A stretch of 64,000 nt of DNA from the NCBI RefSeq assembly GCF_964355755.1, contig NC_092679.1:8276201-8340200 (forward strand), in the 5' to 3' direction. Of the stretch, positions 1 to 13,900 are shown in pieces (the first letter of the stretch is position 1; every line of letters begins with the position of its first letter). This stretch comes from Antedon mediterranea. Its lineage: Eukaryota > Animalia > Echinodermata. The translations under genes and the position numbers were made by a program. The notes beneath the pieces are model-generated. The model made no database searches, had not been told where the DNA came from, and saw only the letters and a list, made by a program, of their open reading frames with translations.

Positions 1-234
1 TGGACTCATTTTAAGACAAGTTTCTCCTTCGGAAGTAGGCCTATTTCCCAGTGTGCTAATTTTAGTTGACTACATTAATCATCGTGTCTATTTATTCGTT
101 TCTGAAAACGACGATGTATTTGTACTCCTGTGGTACGTACATTTGAAATCGCCAGTTTTTTTAAGCTGAAATTACTGTGTATTCGAGAACCATCTGTGGA
201 CACGACCTAGATGGTACGCGAGCGTGCCATCTAG
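1..234 (+). mobile_element. Non-autonomous Helitron, 3' end (truncated by window start)
   Basis: Ends in hairpin CTAGATGGTACGCGAGCGTGCCATCTAG followed by T (CTAG|T); aligns with ~40290-40526 and, inverted, with ~46963-47200. Confidence 0.7.
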
Positions 235-825
235 TATTGATAATTCCTATAAGAAATTAATTTATGTATTGGCATTTATAAAAAATATTACCTCATAGTG
301 CTTGAATAACACTTTTGCAAGAGTTTCCCTAAATGAAGAGGGACATAAAAACGACTCACAGATTATCACTCTACGGTCACGTGTGTTAACAAGCAAATGT
401 CTGCAAAAAACAACAAAAACAACATACTTTAATAGATCATGTCACACACCAATAACAATAAAACATGATAGTCAAATTTCACATTGTTGGAATTCATTAC
501 CTGAAATAAATGACATGAAGAAAATCAATAAGTGTATCATAAAGTTCATCATCTTCAGTTTGCTCGAACACTTTGATTACTTTATTGGTCTTTGTACATT
601 TTACTTCACTTCTTATTATAGCCCTTGGTTGGCATTCTCCTGCAAATCCTACTCTAAAAAAAAAAAATTGTTTGTAAGAACAATCTACAGATGTGAAGGA
701 TAAATGACCAAACACACTTATTATATATCACTTCTACAATGCTAAATAAAAGCAGCATCATTGATTTCAGTGTTTCAGTATTATTATTTTATCAATTTGC
801 TTTGTTTGCACTTTTTGCATCAATC

Positions 826-1822
826 CGAGTTTGACAGATTAGGTTTTGCCGAGTTGACTTGAGGCTGACTTGACATGGGGCCGATTTCACATTGGCCAAG
901 ATGATTTAGGGCCGACTTGGATCGAATTCGTTCAGTCAGCATCAACAAAAATTAAATCAGAGAATCAATACGAAGATAAGATTATTATATTAAGAGTAAT
1001 AATGTTATTGCCTAGGCAGTAAAAATAGTAGGTCCAGTCTAGGCCTACTAGATGGTAGGGTTAATTTAAATAAGGTGATTCTGTATATTTATTATTATTA
1101 TTTCTTTTCATATCCATGAGGACCGAAGCTACCATTTTACCCTCTCTTCCCAGGTCCTACTTTACGTTACGAGGACTGGCCGGCGCCGACTGGCCTACCT
1201 TTCGCCTAAAAGACCAGCCTAGCTAGCCCATTTCCATAGGCCAGGCCTACTAGGCCTAGCCTATCTATATACTTTCTAGGCCCTAGGCCTACCTGTCGAT
1301 CGGCCCTAGGCCTACCTGTCGATCGGCCCTAGGCCTACCTGTCGATCGGCCCTAGGCCTAGATAGTTCCCAGTAGTAGGCCTAGCCTAGGCCTAGTACAG
1401 TAGAAACAATCAATGACGTATTTATTGACTAATTGGTACCACATCAACTTCTAGCCTAATATAATTATGATTATCATATTAATTATATTTATAAGTACTT
1501 TGTATAAACGGTCCCTAAATCAAATATAACTGCTGTTTTTTCTACAGCAGCTGTTAATCCTTCATATAGAGGCATAATTATCTCTCTGCTGGCTGCAGCT
1601 ACAGTAGCAGCTAGCTGTAAAGTCGCCCATCGCATGCAAAGTCGCCCCAACACAAAGTCGCCCCATCGCGCGCAAAGATGTAGTCATCCAAGTCGGCCCT
1701 ATACCGTCTCGGCCAAAGTCAAGTCGGCCCCAATTCAAGTCGGTCCCAGGTCAACTCGGCCTCAAGTCAACTCGGCCTCACGTCAACTCGGCCAAAAAAT
1801 AATCGGTCAACTCGGCCCCGCT
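826..1822. mobile_element. Non-autonomous DNA transposon with repetitive inverted ends
   Basis: GCCGAGTTGAC/GGCCGACTTG arrays at ~826-920 mirror GTCAACTCGGCC/CAAGTCGGCC arrays at ~1688-1820. Ends approximate; no TSD identified. Confidence 0.5.
1277..1361. repeat. 23-bp tandem repeat (GGCCCTAGGCCTACCTGTCGATC) x3.5
   Basis: Direct reading of the sequence. Confidence 0.85.
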
Positions 1823-2477
1823 AAAGTATGGAACGCAAAAAGTGAAAATGAAGGGGATTGATAAAATAATATTTATTCAAATTTTTTATTGATTAATAAG
1901 CATTCACGGGCATTCATACTATTATTAATGATTATAATGAACATTTGGATAATAAATAGGAACACATTGTAGGCCCAATAATGATGATGCACGTAGTGGG
2001 CGCGTATGTTCGTTTGTGCGTCAAAATTCAATAAACATGTCCGATATGCGAGGACATTTATTAGGTGTAATAAGATTGTTTGGTTGAATCATTGATGTAT
2101 AAAATAATGTTAACTCCATTGTTGAATCACGCGTAGATTTCTTCAGTGTATGCATTTGATTAGGCGACAACATCTGAGACCAATTCGTAGCTGCGCCTCC
2201 CTACCTGCGCCTTTGGCAGCTATTTCGATATCTACAACTGCTACGTGTTTTCGCTGGGGATTCCCCTTTTTTAAAAACGCAAATCATGGACAAAAACGAT
2301 ATGTACGATCATTTTTTCTATGGCCAAATGGTGGAACGTAGGCCTACGTCTTTGATTTACAATGCGGTAGGCATAGGTAGGTAGTCATATATACTTTATT
2401 GTCCATTAAAAAAAAACCAGAAATGTGATTTGAAAACTGGCAAAATACAAAAATATAAATATTTTCACCAACCAGGT

Positions 2478-3508
2478 GATGTTTTAATTAATGAATTGTT
2501 GTGCTTTCTCGTTAATCTTCACGCTATCACTGTTGCAAATTTCACGTTAAATGACATTAAAGCTGCAAAGGATTTACTATGTGCGTGTGTCCAAATAATG
2601 TGCACAAACCAAGACGAAAGGGTGATATTAGTCTGACATGCTCAGTTACCTGGTAAATTGTGATGCATCGTCTGTGCCTACATTCACAGCTGCAAATCTG
2701 TCTAAAATCCCATTTGTAGATGTGGAACACATTGATGCAACTTTGCTGCTCAGAGAGATTCACAAACTGCGATCGGATTTTACCATGATGAAGGCAGATA
2801 TCGCTTATGCAACTAATCAGAGATGCAAATTGGCCCAGCAAGTGAGAGAAGCTATGCAGACACAGCATTCTCCTGCACTGACTCACCCGTAAACCTGAGA
2901 ATTATCCAGCAAAGCAAATAGTTATTCCTGACGAACCGTATAAACCACATGATTGTAAGAATTCTCAAATTCCGTCCGCTGAAGCAATTGTTGGTGAAAT
3001 TTCCAAGAATATAGAAGGAAATCCTCGTAAGGGGAATCCCCATACTAAAGAAGGCGATGTTCAACCTGCATCATCAGCTTGTGTTCCTGTTAATCCAATG
3101 AACACATTCGCGTCTGCTGTAAAGAACACAAAGGTGAGCTCAGGCTGGAGTGAAGATGAGGATGGATTTCGCTTTTAAAGAAGAAAACAACGCCGTCAGT
3201 CCAAATTTAAACGAGGAACCGGTGATGAGGGTATTGAACTTAAGGCTAGGCCTCCACCACCTTATAAACTATACCTGGGTAATATGGATAATGACACTAA
3301 AGCAACAGATGTGCAATCATACCTGAAAAGAGTCAAGAACATTACTGTCACCGTCAATGCTCTTGAAAGTAAACGAACAGACTGTTCCTCTTTCATGATA
3401 CAATGTGAATTTAATGACAAAGATATTGTTAATGATACAAATATCTGGCCAAAGTATGCTTTTCTTAGGAGGTTTTATGAACCTAAATATAAGCAGGGTA
3501 ATGAATGA
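2478..3508 (+). pseudogene. LINE ORF1 remnant (frameshifts and stops)
   Basis: INELLCF, coiled-coil-like LLREIHKLRSDFTMMKADI and RRM-like C-terminus (LYLGNM...SSFMIQC...IWP..FLRRFY) split over ORFs 2430, 2638 and 3284. Confidence 0.65.
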
Positions 3509-6325
3509 CTCACATAAAATTAACAAACTTATGGTAGTCTCCCTTAACTGTAATTCTTTTAAATCTGCTCAAAAAGAAATTTATGATCTCTGTGATGTTC
3601 ATGACATTGTATGTTTACAAGAGATTTGGTTGACAATGATGAGCTACCCATGCTTAAAAATTTTCACCCCGATTTTGATTGTTTTAGTTTTTTCCCCCAT
3701 GGATTCGGCCTCATTACTTGTGGGACGGCCATATGGGGGTGTAGCGACACTATTTAGGAAAACATTACACGATGTTGTTAAACTTATTGATCTTAAAGAT
3801 AATAGGCTTGTCGCTATTGAGGTTGGCAAGGGTAGGGATAAAACCTTATTTGTTAACCTGTACTTACCCTATGAATGCGACGACAACTTTGGTGAATATT
3901 TACAATATTTAGGTAAAATCGAAAGTATTGTTGAAGAGTTTGACAATGACAAAGTAGTCCTTGTTGGTGATTTTAAGTCTGATCCAAAGAAAAAATTCGG
4001 TAACGAATAATTGATTGATTTTTGCACTGAGTATAACTTGGTTATATCTGATTTGGAATACTTTGGTCATTACTCAGATACGTTTACTTATTTTAGTGAT
4101 GCTCACAGTACCACAAGTTGGTTAGACCATGTTGTGAGCACTCATAGTTCCCATTCTCTGCTGTGTAATTTTATAGTTAATTATGATTTTATGTGTTCTG
4201 ATAACTGTCCTATTTCGTTTGACTATTTAGGCATTGATATTTGTGATGATTGTAATGACAAGGGTGAAAATATGCATGAATCCTCAAAAATTATCAAAGT
4301 TAACTGGAATAATGTTAAGAGGGAGGATATAAACAATTTTAATGAGATAACTGAATCCTTACTTAGTAACCTTACTCTCAATTGCGATGGTTTACTTTGT
4401 AATGATTCCTCATGTAAAGATGAATGCCATTGCAATGATATTAGTGATTTATATGACAATATTATTGAGTGTCTGAAAGTCAGTTCTGAGTGGTGTTTTA
4501 AGTCGACTAAAAATCAAAAAGTCAATGTTGTCCCTGGGTGGAATAACCGAGTAGCTGGATTTCATAAACATGCCCGGGAAGCATTTCTGAAGTGGCGTGA
4601 GTTGGGTAAACCCAGATATGGCCACATCTATGAACACATGAAAATCACTAGATCTAATTTCAAAAATGCCCTCAGAAAGTGTAAATCCAACGAAGAAATG
4701 CTAAGGGCGGACTCGATGGCCAAGTCTTTTGACGATAAGGACTATAATAGTTTCTGGGGTAAGGTTAAGAAATCCAGTTACGCCAATTCACAGTCTAACA
4801 TTATTGGTAGTGCTAAGTGGGAAAATGACATTTGTGACCTATGGCGTCAACATTTCTCCGATTTATTTAATAGTATTGACTCATCTGAGCATAAGACTTT
4901 TGTTAATGAAACTCTTGAAAACTGTACAGACGGTGAAATTGATGTTTCACCCCATAATATTAAGCTTTTAATTGACAAATTGCCCAATGCTAAAGCAGCG
5001 GGATATGATGGTCTATGCAATGAGCATTTCAAATTCGCTTCTGAGCGACTTAGTATTATTTTAAGTGTATGTTTTAAGGCTATGTTTGTTCACGGGTTTG
5101 TTCCAAGTAATCTCACAAAAGTCACGCTTGTGCCGGTAATTAAATCTAAATCAGGGAATATCACTGATAAAGGGAATTATCGGCCATAGCTTTGGCATGT
5201 GTAGCTTCTAAACTTCTAGAGTCTGTAATGATACAACATTGTGGTAATTCACTGGACTCCCATGACAACCAGTTTGCCTTCAAATCTGGTCACTCAACCG
5301 AATTGTGTATATTTGCTCTTAAACAGATTATCGAGCATTACAACAATCATGGTAGCCCAGTTTATTGCTGTTTCTTGGACGCTAGCAAAACCTTTGATAA
5401 AGTGAACCACTGGACACTTTTCAAGACCCTAATTGACAGGGGTACCCCTTCACCTGTAGTTAAGATACTGAGGTCATGGTATAGGAATCAGGAATTTGTT
5501 GTCAGGTGGGGAAGTTCCGTTTCCGATTCTTTCACTGTTCGTAATGGGGTTCGCCAGGGAAGCGTTATGTCCCCTCTTCTTTACAATGTGTACACTGATC
5601 CGTTAACTGTTGAACTGACTAAGTCTAAAGAAGGTTGTGAAATTAACAGTCTTAAACTGAATTGCCTAAGCTTTGCCGATGACTTGGTCCTTTTGGCTCC
5701 GTCAGTGATTGGCTTACAAAGCCTAATTGGACTCGGTGAAGGTTTTGCTAGTGACAATGATATTACTTTTAATGAAACCAAATCCAAATGCTTGCTATTT
5801 TGCCCGAAAGTCCGCAACCTCAAAGGTGTTCCACATATTACCTTAAATGGGGCATCTCTAATCGTTGATAATTCAATAACCTATCTTGGTCATGTGATCA
5901 GTAATAACCTGAGTGATGAAAGTGACATCAAACGTCAATATCGATCTATTTGCATTAGGGCCAACTCTCTAAATAGAAAGTTTGGAAAATGTTCTACTAA
6001 GACTAAATGTTATCTATTTAAGAGTTACTGTGTCAGCATGTACTGTTCAACCTTATGGTGTAGATATAATAAGAGCACTCTGAGATCACTGAAAGTATGT
6101 TATAACAATGCCTTACGTTTGCTGCTGAAGCAGCCAAGACATTGTAGTGCAAGCATGATGTTTGTCTTAAATGACGTCCCATCCTTTGATGAGTTCATTA
6201 GAAAATCTGTTTTTAGTTTTAAAAATCGTGTGAACGCAAGTAGTAATTCCTTGATCATGGCCATTAATCGCCACGTTCTTAATGTGTCAAGAATGCACAT
6301 ACAATGGAATGCTTTGTTGCATTGA
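3501..6325 (+). pseudogene. LINE ORF2 (AP endonuclease + reverse transcriptase), disrupted
   Basis: APE motifs VSLNC, DIVCLQE, NLYLP, VGDF, WLDHV; RT motifs NYRP, QFAF, FLDASKTFDKV, GVRQGSVMSP, FADD, YLG. Frameshifts near 3630-3700 and 5190; in-frame stop at 4008-4010. Confidence 0.92.
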
Positions 6326-6720
6326 CTTTATATATTTACATATCTTTGTTTTTGTTCTATGAGCTGTTAGATTAAGATTTTTTTTTCTCTCTTTTGCTAT
6401 GGATAAAATATTATGTCACCATGATATTCCGAAATAAAAAGATAAATGAAATGAAAATACAATTTACAAAAACACACACAAAAAGTTAAGAGGCTAAAAA
6501 TTGTTGAAATTAGATAAATATCATTATTATTTAATTGTATTATATGATTTATTATTATATTGCACTAACGATGATTTAAAGTTTATATAAAAGCATTAAA
6601 AATACATGCGTGAGCTATAAAAATAAACTAAAATCGGTTACATTTTATCTTTGTACTCTGGAGTTATATAAGTGTATAGCATTTAGGTACAAACGAGCAC
6701 CTAAACCGTTTTGTTTTGGT

Positions 6721-7236
6721 AGGGTTTCGTAATATTACGAATACGATAACGAAAACGGATACGTCACGCACACGTATTCGTTTTCGTAAGCCATAAAAAA
6801 ATCTGTTTCGCATGGCAACGAAAAATATCGAGGCGCGTCTAAAATATGACTGCGGTAAATTTGAGCGAAGCGCAGGTACGTGTTGCTTGGTGCTTGGCCA
6901 GCAGCTGACTATGCCTAGCGTAACATCAAAGCGAGTGAGGACTTTAAAAACTGTTATTTATCTAAATTGACATGGCATTTTAGTAAATTACTTTAGTAAA
7001 TTACTTTAAATAAATCTATAATTATATTATAATCATGAATCATTCCTAATTCAAATGCAAAATGTGCAAAATAGATCAAAAACTATACTCGTTTTGTAGT
7101 TACGAATAATGACTGGTGATATTCGTCAACACGAATACGCCTTACGAATATGAAATGGGGATCAGCTCAAAAGTTTCACAAATGTGTGACGTATCCGTTT
7201 TCGTTATCGTATTCGTATGGTTGCGAAACCTCCCTA
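6721..7236. mobile_element. MITE (Harbinger-like), family also at 8716-9170 and 14168-14287
   Basis: TIRs GGTTTCG.AA..TTACGAATACGATAACGAAAACGGATACGTCAC and its reverse complement; interior shared, inverted, with 8716-9170. Confidence 0.75.
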
Positions 7237-8041
7237 TTAAGTGCACGTAGTCTTATGCCAGAATTCATGAGGGCAAATTGTTTGTGAAGAGGATGTGTTT
7301 CATCATCAATGATACTTTTTACTCCTTTTAACACATTTTCCTTAATTATACAAGGATTCAACATCAGGTAAGTGCTCTCCTACTAGTCTAACTATTTCCT
7401 ATTCGATTAAGTTTAATTTTATCTTTTTGCATTGTATTACCAAAACAAACATTACAAAAAAGTATTACACTGAGAATTACAGAGTTATAAAACAATTTAA
7501 GTATAGGCCTAGTTTTGTCAATTTGTAGGTAGGCCTACTTCATTTTTCTTAAAATAAACATCCTTTGGTTGGCTTTGCATGTGGCTTTATGTACATTATT
7601 TATCCAATTTAGCTTATTGTCAATTATACAACCCAGATTTGTACTCATTTACTACTTCAATCTCATTTTCATTTATAATCAGAGGTTCTAAGGGTTCTTT
7701 AATTTTCCTAAAATCAATTTGCATTTCTTTTGTTTTCTTTATGTTTAGTTTTCAGGTTGTTATTGCAGCACCAGTGATAAAAATCACATCCTAGTTGTCT
7801 ATAGCTTGTTTCATCATTGCCAGTAATGTATCCAGGATGACTGTGTCATCTGCATATTTTACAATAGGCTACAACATTCATTTGAATTTTGGCTCTGAAA
7901 CTGCTGGTGAACAGTGAAAACAACATTGGGGAGATAACAGACCCTTGTGGCGTGCCAATTCTAACAGTTCTTTTATCAGATAAAATACCGTTTAGTTTAA
8001 CATACTGGAACTTTTTTGTTAAGAAATTATATATCCATGAA

Positions 8042-8704
8042 CAGGCCCGTATGCAGCATTTATAATGGGGGGGTGCGAGCGAAGCGAGCAACAATAGCTG
8101 GGGGCCAGGGGGGCCGCCAAGGGCCCCCGGTCAGGGTCCAGGGGCCGAAGGCCCTGACAAAATTTGCGTTATTTGACGTTCTAAAGACTGATTTAAGACT
8201 CTCTGTTGTGGCTTGGGCTAGTTGAACGATGGACACCAGAACTTAACGCTTTCATGATGAGGCCAACTCAGACAGCGTCGTACGACGCTGTCTGAGTTGG
8301 CCTTCCCCCCTTGTTTAGGCGCCGTATTCGATAGAGTGTCTGTATTTCCAGACACGTCTTTACCGCCGGTTAAGTTGTCTGTATTTCTCCAGCAAACACT
8401 TTACCGCGTACATGAAGCGCTAAGCTATTGCTTGTCGTCACATGATCGACTGCGCATGTTTTACATCGAGTTTGTAGTCAGTTCAGATTCCGTAATTTAA
8501 TTACCGGTATTTTTTAATTTTATATTAGCATATTTTTGTTTGTATACCATTGATAATGTAAATGTTGTATATATATAATGATATTGTCTTTAGTTAAATA
8601 AGACAAGAAAAAATACCAACCGAGGAAATAGTGGACCTTTTGGGACTTGGGGGGGGGGGGGGGGTGCGTCTGCACCCAACGCACCCCCCCTGGATACGGG
8701 CCTG
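8042..8704. mobile_element. Non-autonomous hAT-like element with 5-bp TSD (hAT5-like)
   Basis: TIR CAGGCCCGTA/TACGGGCCTG; TSD ATGAA at 8037-8041 and 8705-8709. Removing it restores LTSWIYN in the host RT. Confidence 0.8.
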
Positions 8705-8715
8705 ATGAAGTCAAT

Positions 8716-9170
8716 AGGAAGGTTTCGCAACCTTACGAATACGATAACGAAAACGGATACGTCACACATTTGTGAAACTTTTGAGCTGTTCCCCATTTTT
8801 CTCAGTCATATTCGTAACTACAAAACGAGTATATAGTTTTTGATCTATTTTTTGCACATTTTGCATTTGAATCAGGAATGATTCATGATTATAATATAAT
8901 TATAGATTTATTGAAAGAAATTTACTAAAGTAATTTACTAAAATGCCAGGTCAATTTTGATAAATAGCAGTTTTTAAAGTCCTCACTCGCTTTGATGTTA
9001 CGCTAGGCCTAGGCAGCCAAGCACCAGGAGGCAACACGTACCTGCGCTTCGCTAAAATTTACCGCAGTCATATTTTGGACGGCGCCCTCAATATTTCGTT
9101 ACCATGCGAAACAGATTTTAACTGGCTTACGAAAACGAATACGTGTGCATGACGTATCCGTTTTCGTTGT
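8716..9170. mobile_element. MITE, inverted copy of the 6721-7236 family
   Basis: Long reverse-complement match to 6760-7236. Confidence 0.75.
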
Positions 9171-10485
9171 GTCGTTTACGTTCATTTCTTTAAGTTTGCG
9201 TACTAATGAACCAGGTTCAACGGTATTAAAAGCTCTAGAAAAATCTATATACAAACATCTTACATTATGATCTAGGCACATCTAAATGTTGGTAAATATT
9301 ATGTAAGTGGAAGAGCACAGCATCTTCAACACTTCTATTAGTATTACTCTGATAGGCAAATTGAAGAGGATCGAGATTTGGTCTGATCAAGCAACTGCCT
9401 GAGTAGGCCTACAATCTTTTCTAGGCACTTACCAACATTGGATGTGATTGGCCTATAGTTATTAAGTTCCTTGGGATTTTTTATCTTAGGAATTGGTGAG
9501 ATACAGGCCGTTTTCCATTGATTGGGCACTGTACCACGTAGGCCTAATTGTCCCCCTGAAAAATTAATTCTTAAACATTTTTCTGTTGAATAGGGCCTGT
9601 GCCATTTTTGTGTCACCAAATAGTTATCCACTTTGACCAAATTATTGGAAGGAAGGTTTTTGGTTGAATTTAACCATTTATTTTGTAATTTTATAAAAAG
9701 AATAAAAAAAAATAATAAAAAATATCTATTCAAAGTCTGAATTTATAATCTTTATTTTTCATGTTTTGGGGGACAATACATCTTTAAACGTTAAAATATT
9801 AGTTTATAAGTACGTGCGTAAAATTACGCATTGATATTCTTGGGCAATTTGAACACAAAATAACACGGAAGGCCGGTGTAGGCATAAAAAGAGAAAGCCC
9901 CCGCCGTATATATATTAGTACTAGCATGGAGGGTAAAAAAAAATGTTTTACCTCCATGGTACTGTACGTACTCAGTAGGCCTACATCGATGATCGGCAAC
10001 GCTCCTATCAAAAAGAGAAGAAGCCCCGAAGTAATTAGGCCTACTTCACTGTGTCGGGCAACCCCGTAATTACTCCGAATTTTATGACGATGTCGGTCGC
10101 GTTTGAAATCGGCCGCGTTTAATTTTGGTCTCGATAAAATATAAATTTTTTTTGCTTTGGTCGATGAATATATATTATTAATAACTAAATTGTTTTTATT
10201 TTTTATTTTACACAGGTCTATGAGAAAAATGTGTGCCTTAAAAAATGACAATTTATTAACATAGTTTAGTTTATATACATTCAAGTCTAGCTTAAAGACT
10301 CATTTATTAATTCACCGTCTTGTAGCGTATTTGTAATTGTTCTGCATGGAACCCCCGCAGTTTAAACGCGAATTAGATTCTTGAACTTTCCACATTCGTC
10401 AACATGATGAGCCTCTTCACAAAACGGACATTTTTTACCATCAAAGTTCACAGTTTTTCTTTGGTTTGTTTCATCGTGCGCTACT

Positions 10486-13400
10486 GTGGCCAACGATGAA
10501 GTATTCTCTGACTTTGTAAATGAAGTGAATGTTGCGATGCAGAGAATTCCGTATCTACAAGTGTTGAATTTCCCACAAGAGAATGCAAAACTTGTTACAA
10601 AATTGCCGTTATATATTGAAGCAAAATGGCGTCATATTGTCCAAGAACAGAGGCCTATATTTCCAACGTTTACTAAATTTGCTAAATTCATCAAAACACA
10701 AGCACGTGAAGCAAACATACCTGCCTTTGACCAACGTTACAAGAGTGATGAAGCCAAAGGAACTACAAGGTCAAGACAACAAAGGGTACAAAGTGAGAAT
10801 ACTTCATCGTTGGCCACAGTAGCGCACGATGAAACAAACCAAAGAAAAACTGTGAACTTTGATGGTAAAAAATGTCCGTTTTGTGAAGAGGCTCATCATG
10901 TTGACGAATGTGGAAAGTTCAAGAATCTAATCCGGAAGGAGAGAAAAGAATTCTTGAGAAAAAATAGGTTATGTTATGGTTGCTGAATGACTGACCAACA
11001 TCAATTAAAGACATGTGAAAACAGAATCAAATGTAAAACATGTTCTAACGAACACCTTACTAGCCTACACTTTGACAGGAGGCTATAGTGCCTACCACTT
11101 CTCATCGTACTTTGGTACGCCGACAGAATATTGATTATTCAATGGTGGTAGGCCTACCTGTATGAGTCCGAAAGAAAAATGATGTTTCAAATGACTTCAA
11201 GTTTATGGGCATGCAACTCAACTCTCACTGTCTACGATGTTAGAAGCAAACGTGATGATACCTAGTAGGAAAATTCACGATTTGGAAGTGTTGAGTTTTG
11301 ACAGAAAAGAAATGGTTCCTCTATCGAGAGTGTTTACAAGAGACCAGATTCCAATAGGAAGATCACAAATACCCAGACAGCAAGACGCGAATAAATTCTC
11401 ACATTTACAGCGCATTGCTAATCTGATTGTACCATACTTACCTGACGTAAAAGTTGGGATCCTTATTGGTAACGATATACCTCGAGCAATAAGACCACGT
11501 GAGATTGTGGCTGGAGATGAAAACGATCCTTATGGCCAACGTTCCATTCTGGGATGGGGAATAATTGGAAATGTTAGCAAAACTTTCAAAACTCTATCTG
11601 ATTCCCATAAGCAATCTTCTAGAAATCCAGGCTGCGTTGACACAGTCAAAAATCCTAAAAACAGACTTACTCATGCTACCAAGGTGAAAGAAAATAATCA
11701 GCATGCAACAGGTTAGGCAGATGTTTGAGATGGATTTTGTAGAGCATGTATCAACAAAAAAGGGGTATTCTGTGGAAGATCATAGATTTATTTCCATACT
11801 TTCCAGTAAAATTGTCAAGAGAAATGATGGTCATTATGAGATGCCATTGCCGATGTGTCGTGATGAAGTACGATTTCCTAACAATCGTTTAGCAGCCGTG
11901 AGACGGGCTTTGCAGCTTAAGAGAAAGTTTAAAAGAAATTCAACATTTAAAGAACACTATATTGCCTTTATGAATGGTATACTTGCAGGCTATGCAGAAA
12001 AGGTACCTGAATCTGAGTACGGCATAACCAATGGTAGTGTTAATTACATACCGCATTCAGGCGTGTACCATCCAAAAAAAACGAATCAAATAAGAGTTGT
12101 GTTCGACTGTTCGGCGAAATACGAAGGCGTCTGTTTAAATGATTACCTACTTCAGGGTCCAGATTTAATGAATGGTCTGATTGGTATTCTATGTCGGTTC
12201 CGGAAAGAAGAGGTTGCCATCATGGCCGATATAAAAGGGATGTTCCATCAATTTTATGTAACTCCCAAAGATCGAGACAAACTACGGTTCTTGTGGTGGG
12301 ATGGTAGTGACTTTGAACAAAAAATGGTGGAATATCGTATGAAAGTTCATTTGTTCGGTGCTAAAAGCTCTCCCGGGTGTGCAAACTTTGGCTTGAAGCG
12401 AGCTGCCGACGACGGAGAAGGAAAGTTTGGTGAAATTGCAGCCAATTTCATTCGAGATGACTTTTATGTAGACGACGGTTTAAAGTCACTTCCTACTATT
12501 CAACAGGCTATCGAACTTGTCAAGAGCAGCACGGAACTGTGAGCATCAGCTGGCTTGGTGCTACACAAAATGGATGTCAAATAAAAGAGCTGTTCTAGAA
12601 GCAATTCCTGAAGAGCAAACGCCCGTATTCTTAAACCGGACTTTAGTCGTAGTTCGAAGTTCGACTTGGAAAAGTCGTAGTTCGAGCTATTACTTCAAAT
12701 TCGATTCAAAAACGAAGTAGTCGAAGTTTGCAGTTCGACTTAATGAAGTCGAGCTTTTAGTCGAGTTGCACACGTCTGGGTAACAAAGGCTATACATTGG
12801 CCAATGACAAGAGAGTATTTGAGGAGCAGACGAAATTTTGCGCATTGATATCACTTTCCATTTCTTACAACACTTTTTACGCATCAGGACTATATACATG
12901 AAAAATAATTTTAATCGTTAATTATTAGAACAATATCAGTATTAATTTAACAGTGAAGTATATTTGATTAACAACAAATAAAATCTTAAAAATATATTTA
13001 GGAACCATGGCGGTACGGTAACTTTTATATTTTCTAGGACCCCAACAAAGTATGATCGCCACGAACCACGCACTTCATAGCGTGACAAGAAAGCGCTAGG
13101 CCCCCTAAACATTCCATCGCGTGGTGAATTGCCGCATCTCCCATTGTCGCTATGGCGTGACGTAGCTCAAGTCGGACTTGCGCGAAGAAAATAATGTAAT
13201 TTGTATACAGTTGTAAATAAAGATGATTTTCATTATTATAATTTATACCAATGTATATTTAATTAAGCTAATATAAATATAGATATTTCATTCTTCAATA
13301 TCTGGCCAATATAACAACTCAATGACTGTTAAGTTTTTTATAAACATCGTTTAAAAACCATTTAGTCGACCATTTAGTCTGCCCCCTCCAGGACTAAAAA

Positions 13401-13797
13401 AATCGATCAAAATCCGTCTCGATTTAGTCGAGGTTGGCCTGATTTAGTCGGTGATTTAGTTGAAGTTCGGTTTATGAATTAAAATGACGTCATTTTTTTA
13501 GTTTTAGCTCGAACTACGACTAAAGTCCGGTTTAAGAATACGGGCGAAAGAGCTAAGGGTCTGAAAACGTTAGACATCAAGACCGATCCGCTACCAATTG
13601 AACGTGCATTGGGTGTCACTTGGTGCGTGGAAGCAGATACTTTTCAATTTCGAATAGTATTGAAAGATTTTCCTTTGAGTCGAAGAGGCGTTTTATCAAC
13701 AATTAGCTCCATATACGATCCACTAGGATTCGCAGCACCTGTTGTCCTCGAAGGAAAGATTATTCTTCAAGAGACGTGCAGAGAAAACGTTGTATGA
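10486..13797 (+). pseudogene. BEL/Pao LTR retrotransposon gag-pol fragment (Gag zinc knuckles, protease region, RT, start of RNase H region)
   Basis: CPFCEEAHHVDEC and LCYGC knuckles; ILIGND..SILGW; IRVVFDCSAKY, LLQGPDL, ADIKGMFHQF, HLFGAKSSPGCAN, DFYVDD; LSTISSIYDPLG. Stops, frameshifts and an insertion at 12620-13546. No LTRs seen. Confidence 0.9.
12620..13546. mobile_element. Non-autonomous PIF/Harbinger-like element inserted in BEL pol
   Basis: 38-bp TIR CGCCCGTATTCTTAAACCGGACTTTAGTCGTAGTTCGA; 3-bp TSD AAA. Excision restores the reading EEQRAKGL. Confidence 0.85.
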
Positions 13798-13900
13798 GAG
13801 CGGTGCACTATAGGCGATACGTTGTATTAACGTTGTTGTACACCTTCAATGCTCCGTGTGGAGACATAATCATAGATAAGTGATCCCTAGTATCAGTTTA

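Larger units (their letters stand above)
2451..6453 (+). mobile_element. Near full-length non-LTR retrotransposon (LINE, probably RTE-X-like), disrupted
   Basis: ORF1 remnants, then ORF2 with APE endonuclease and RT. AATAAA and a short ATGAA-type tail at ~6432-6456. Candidate TSD AAAATACAA at 2442-2450 and 6454-6462. Clade is a recollection from the C-terminal LFKSYC..W motif. Confidence 0.85.
7237..9560 (-). pseudogene. Degraded LINE reverse transcriptase (Rex1/Babar-like), interrupted by two DNA-transposon insertions
   Basis: Minus-strand motifs VPNQWKTACISPIPK, LNNYRPI, YIDFSRAFNTV, SWIYNFLT, GTPQGSVISPMLFSLFT, YADD, HPLH. Confidence 0.8.

Noticed and set aside
302-2341. Short ORFs in the first 2.3 kb and other 60-160 aa ORFs in introns
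   Set aside because: AT-rich or repeat-derived, no domain motifs and no phase-consistent splice chain.
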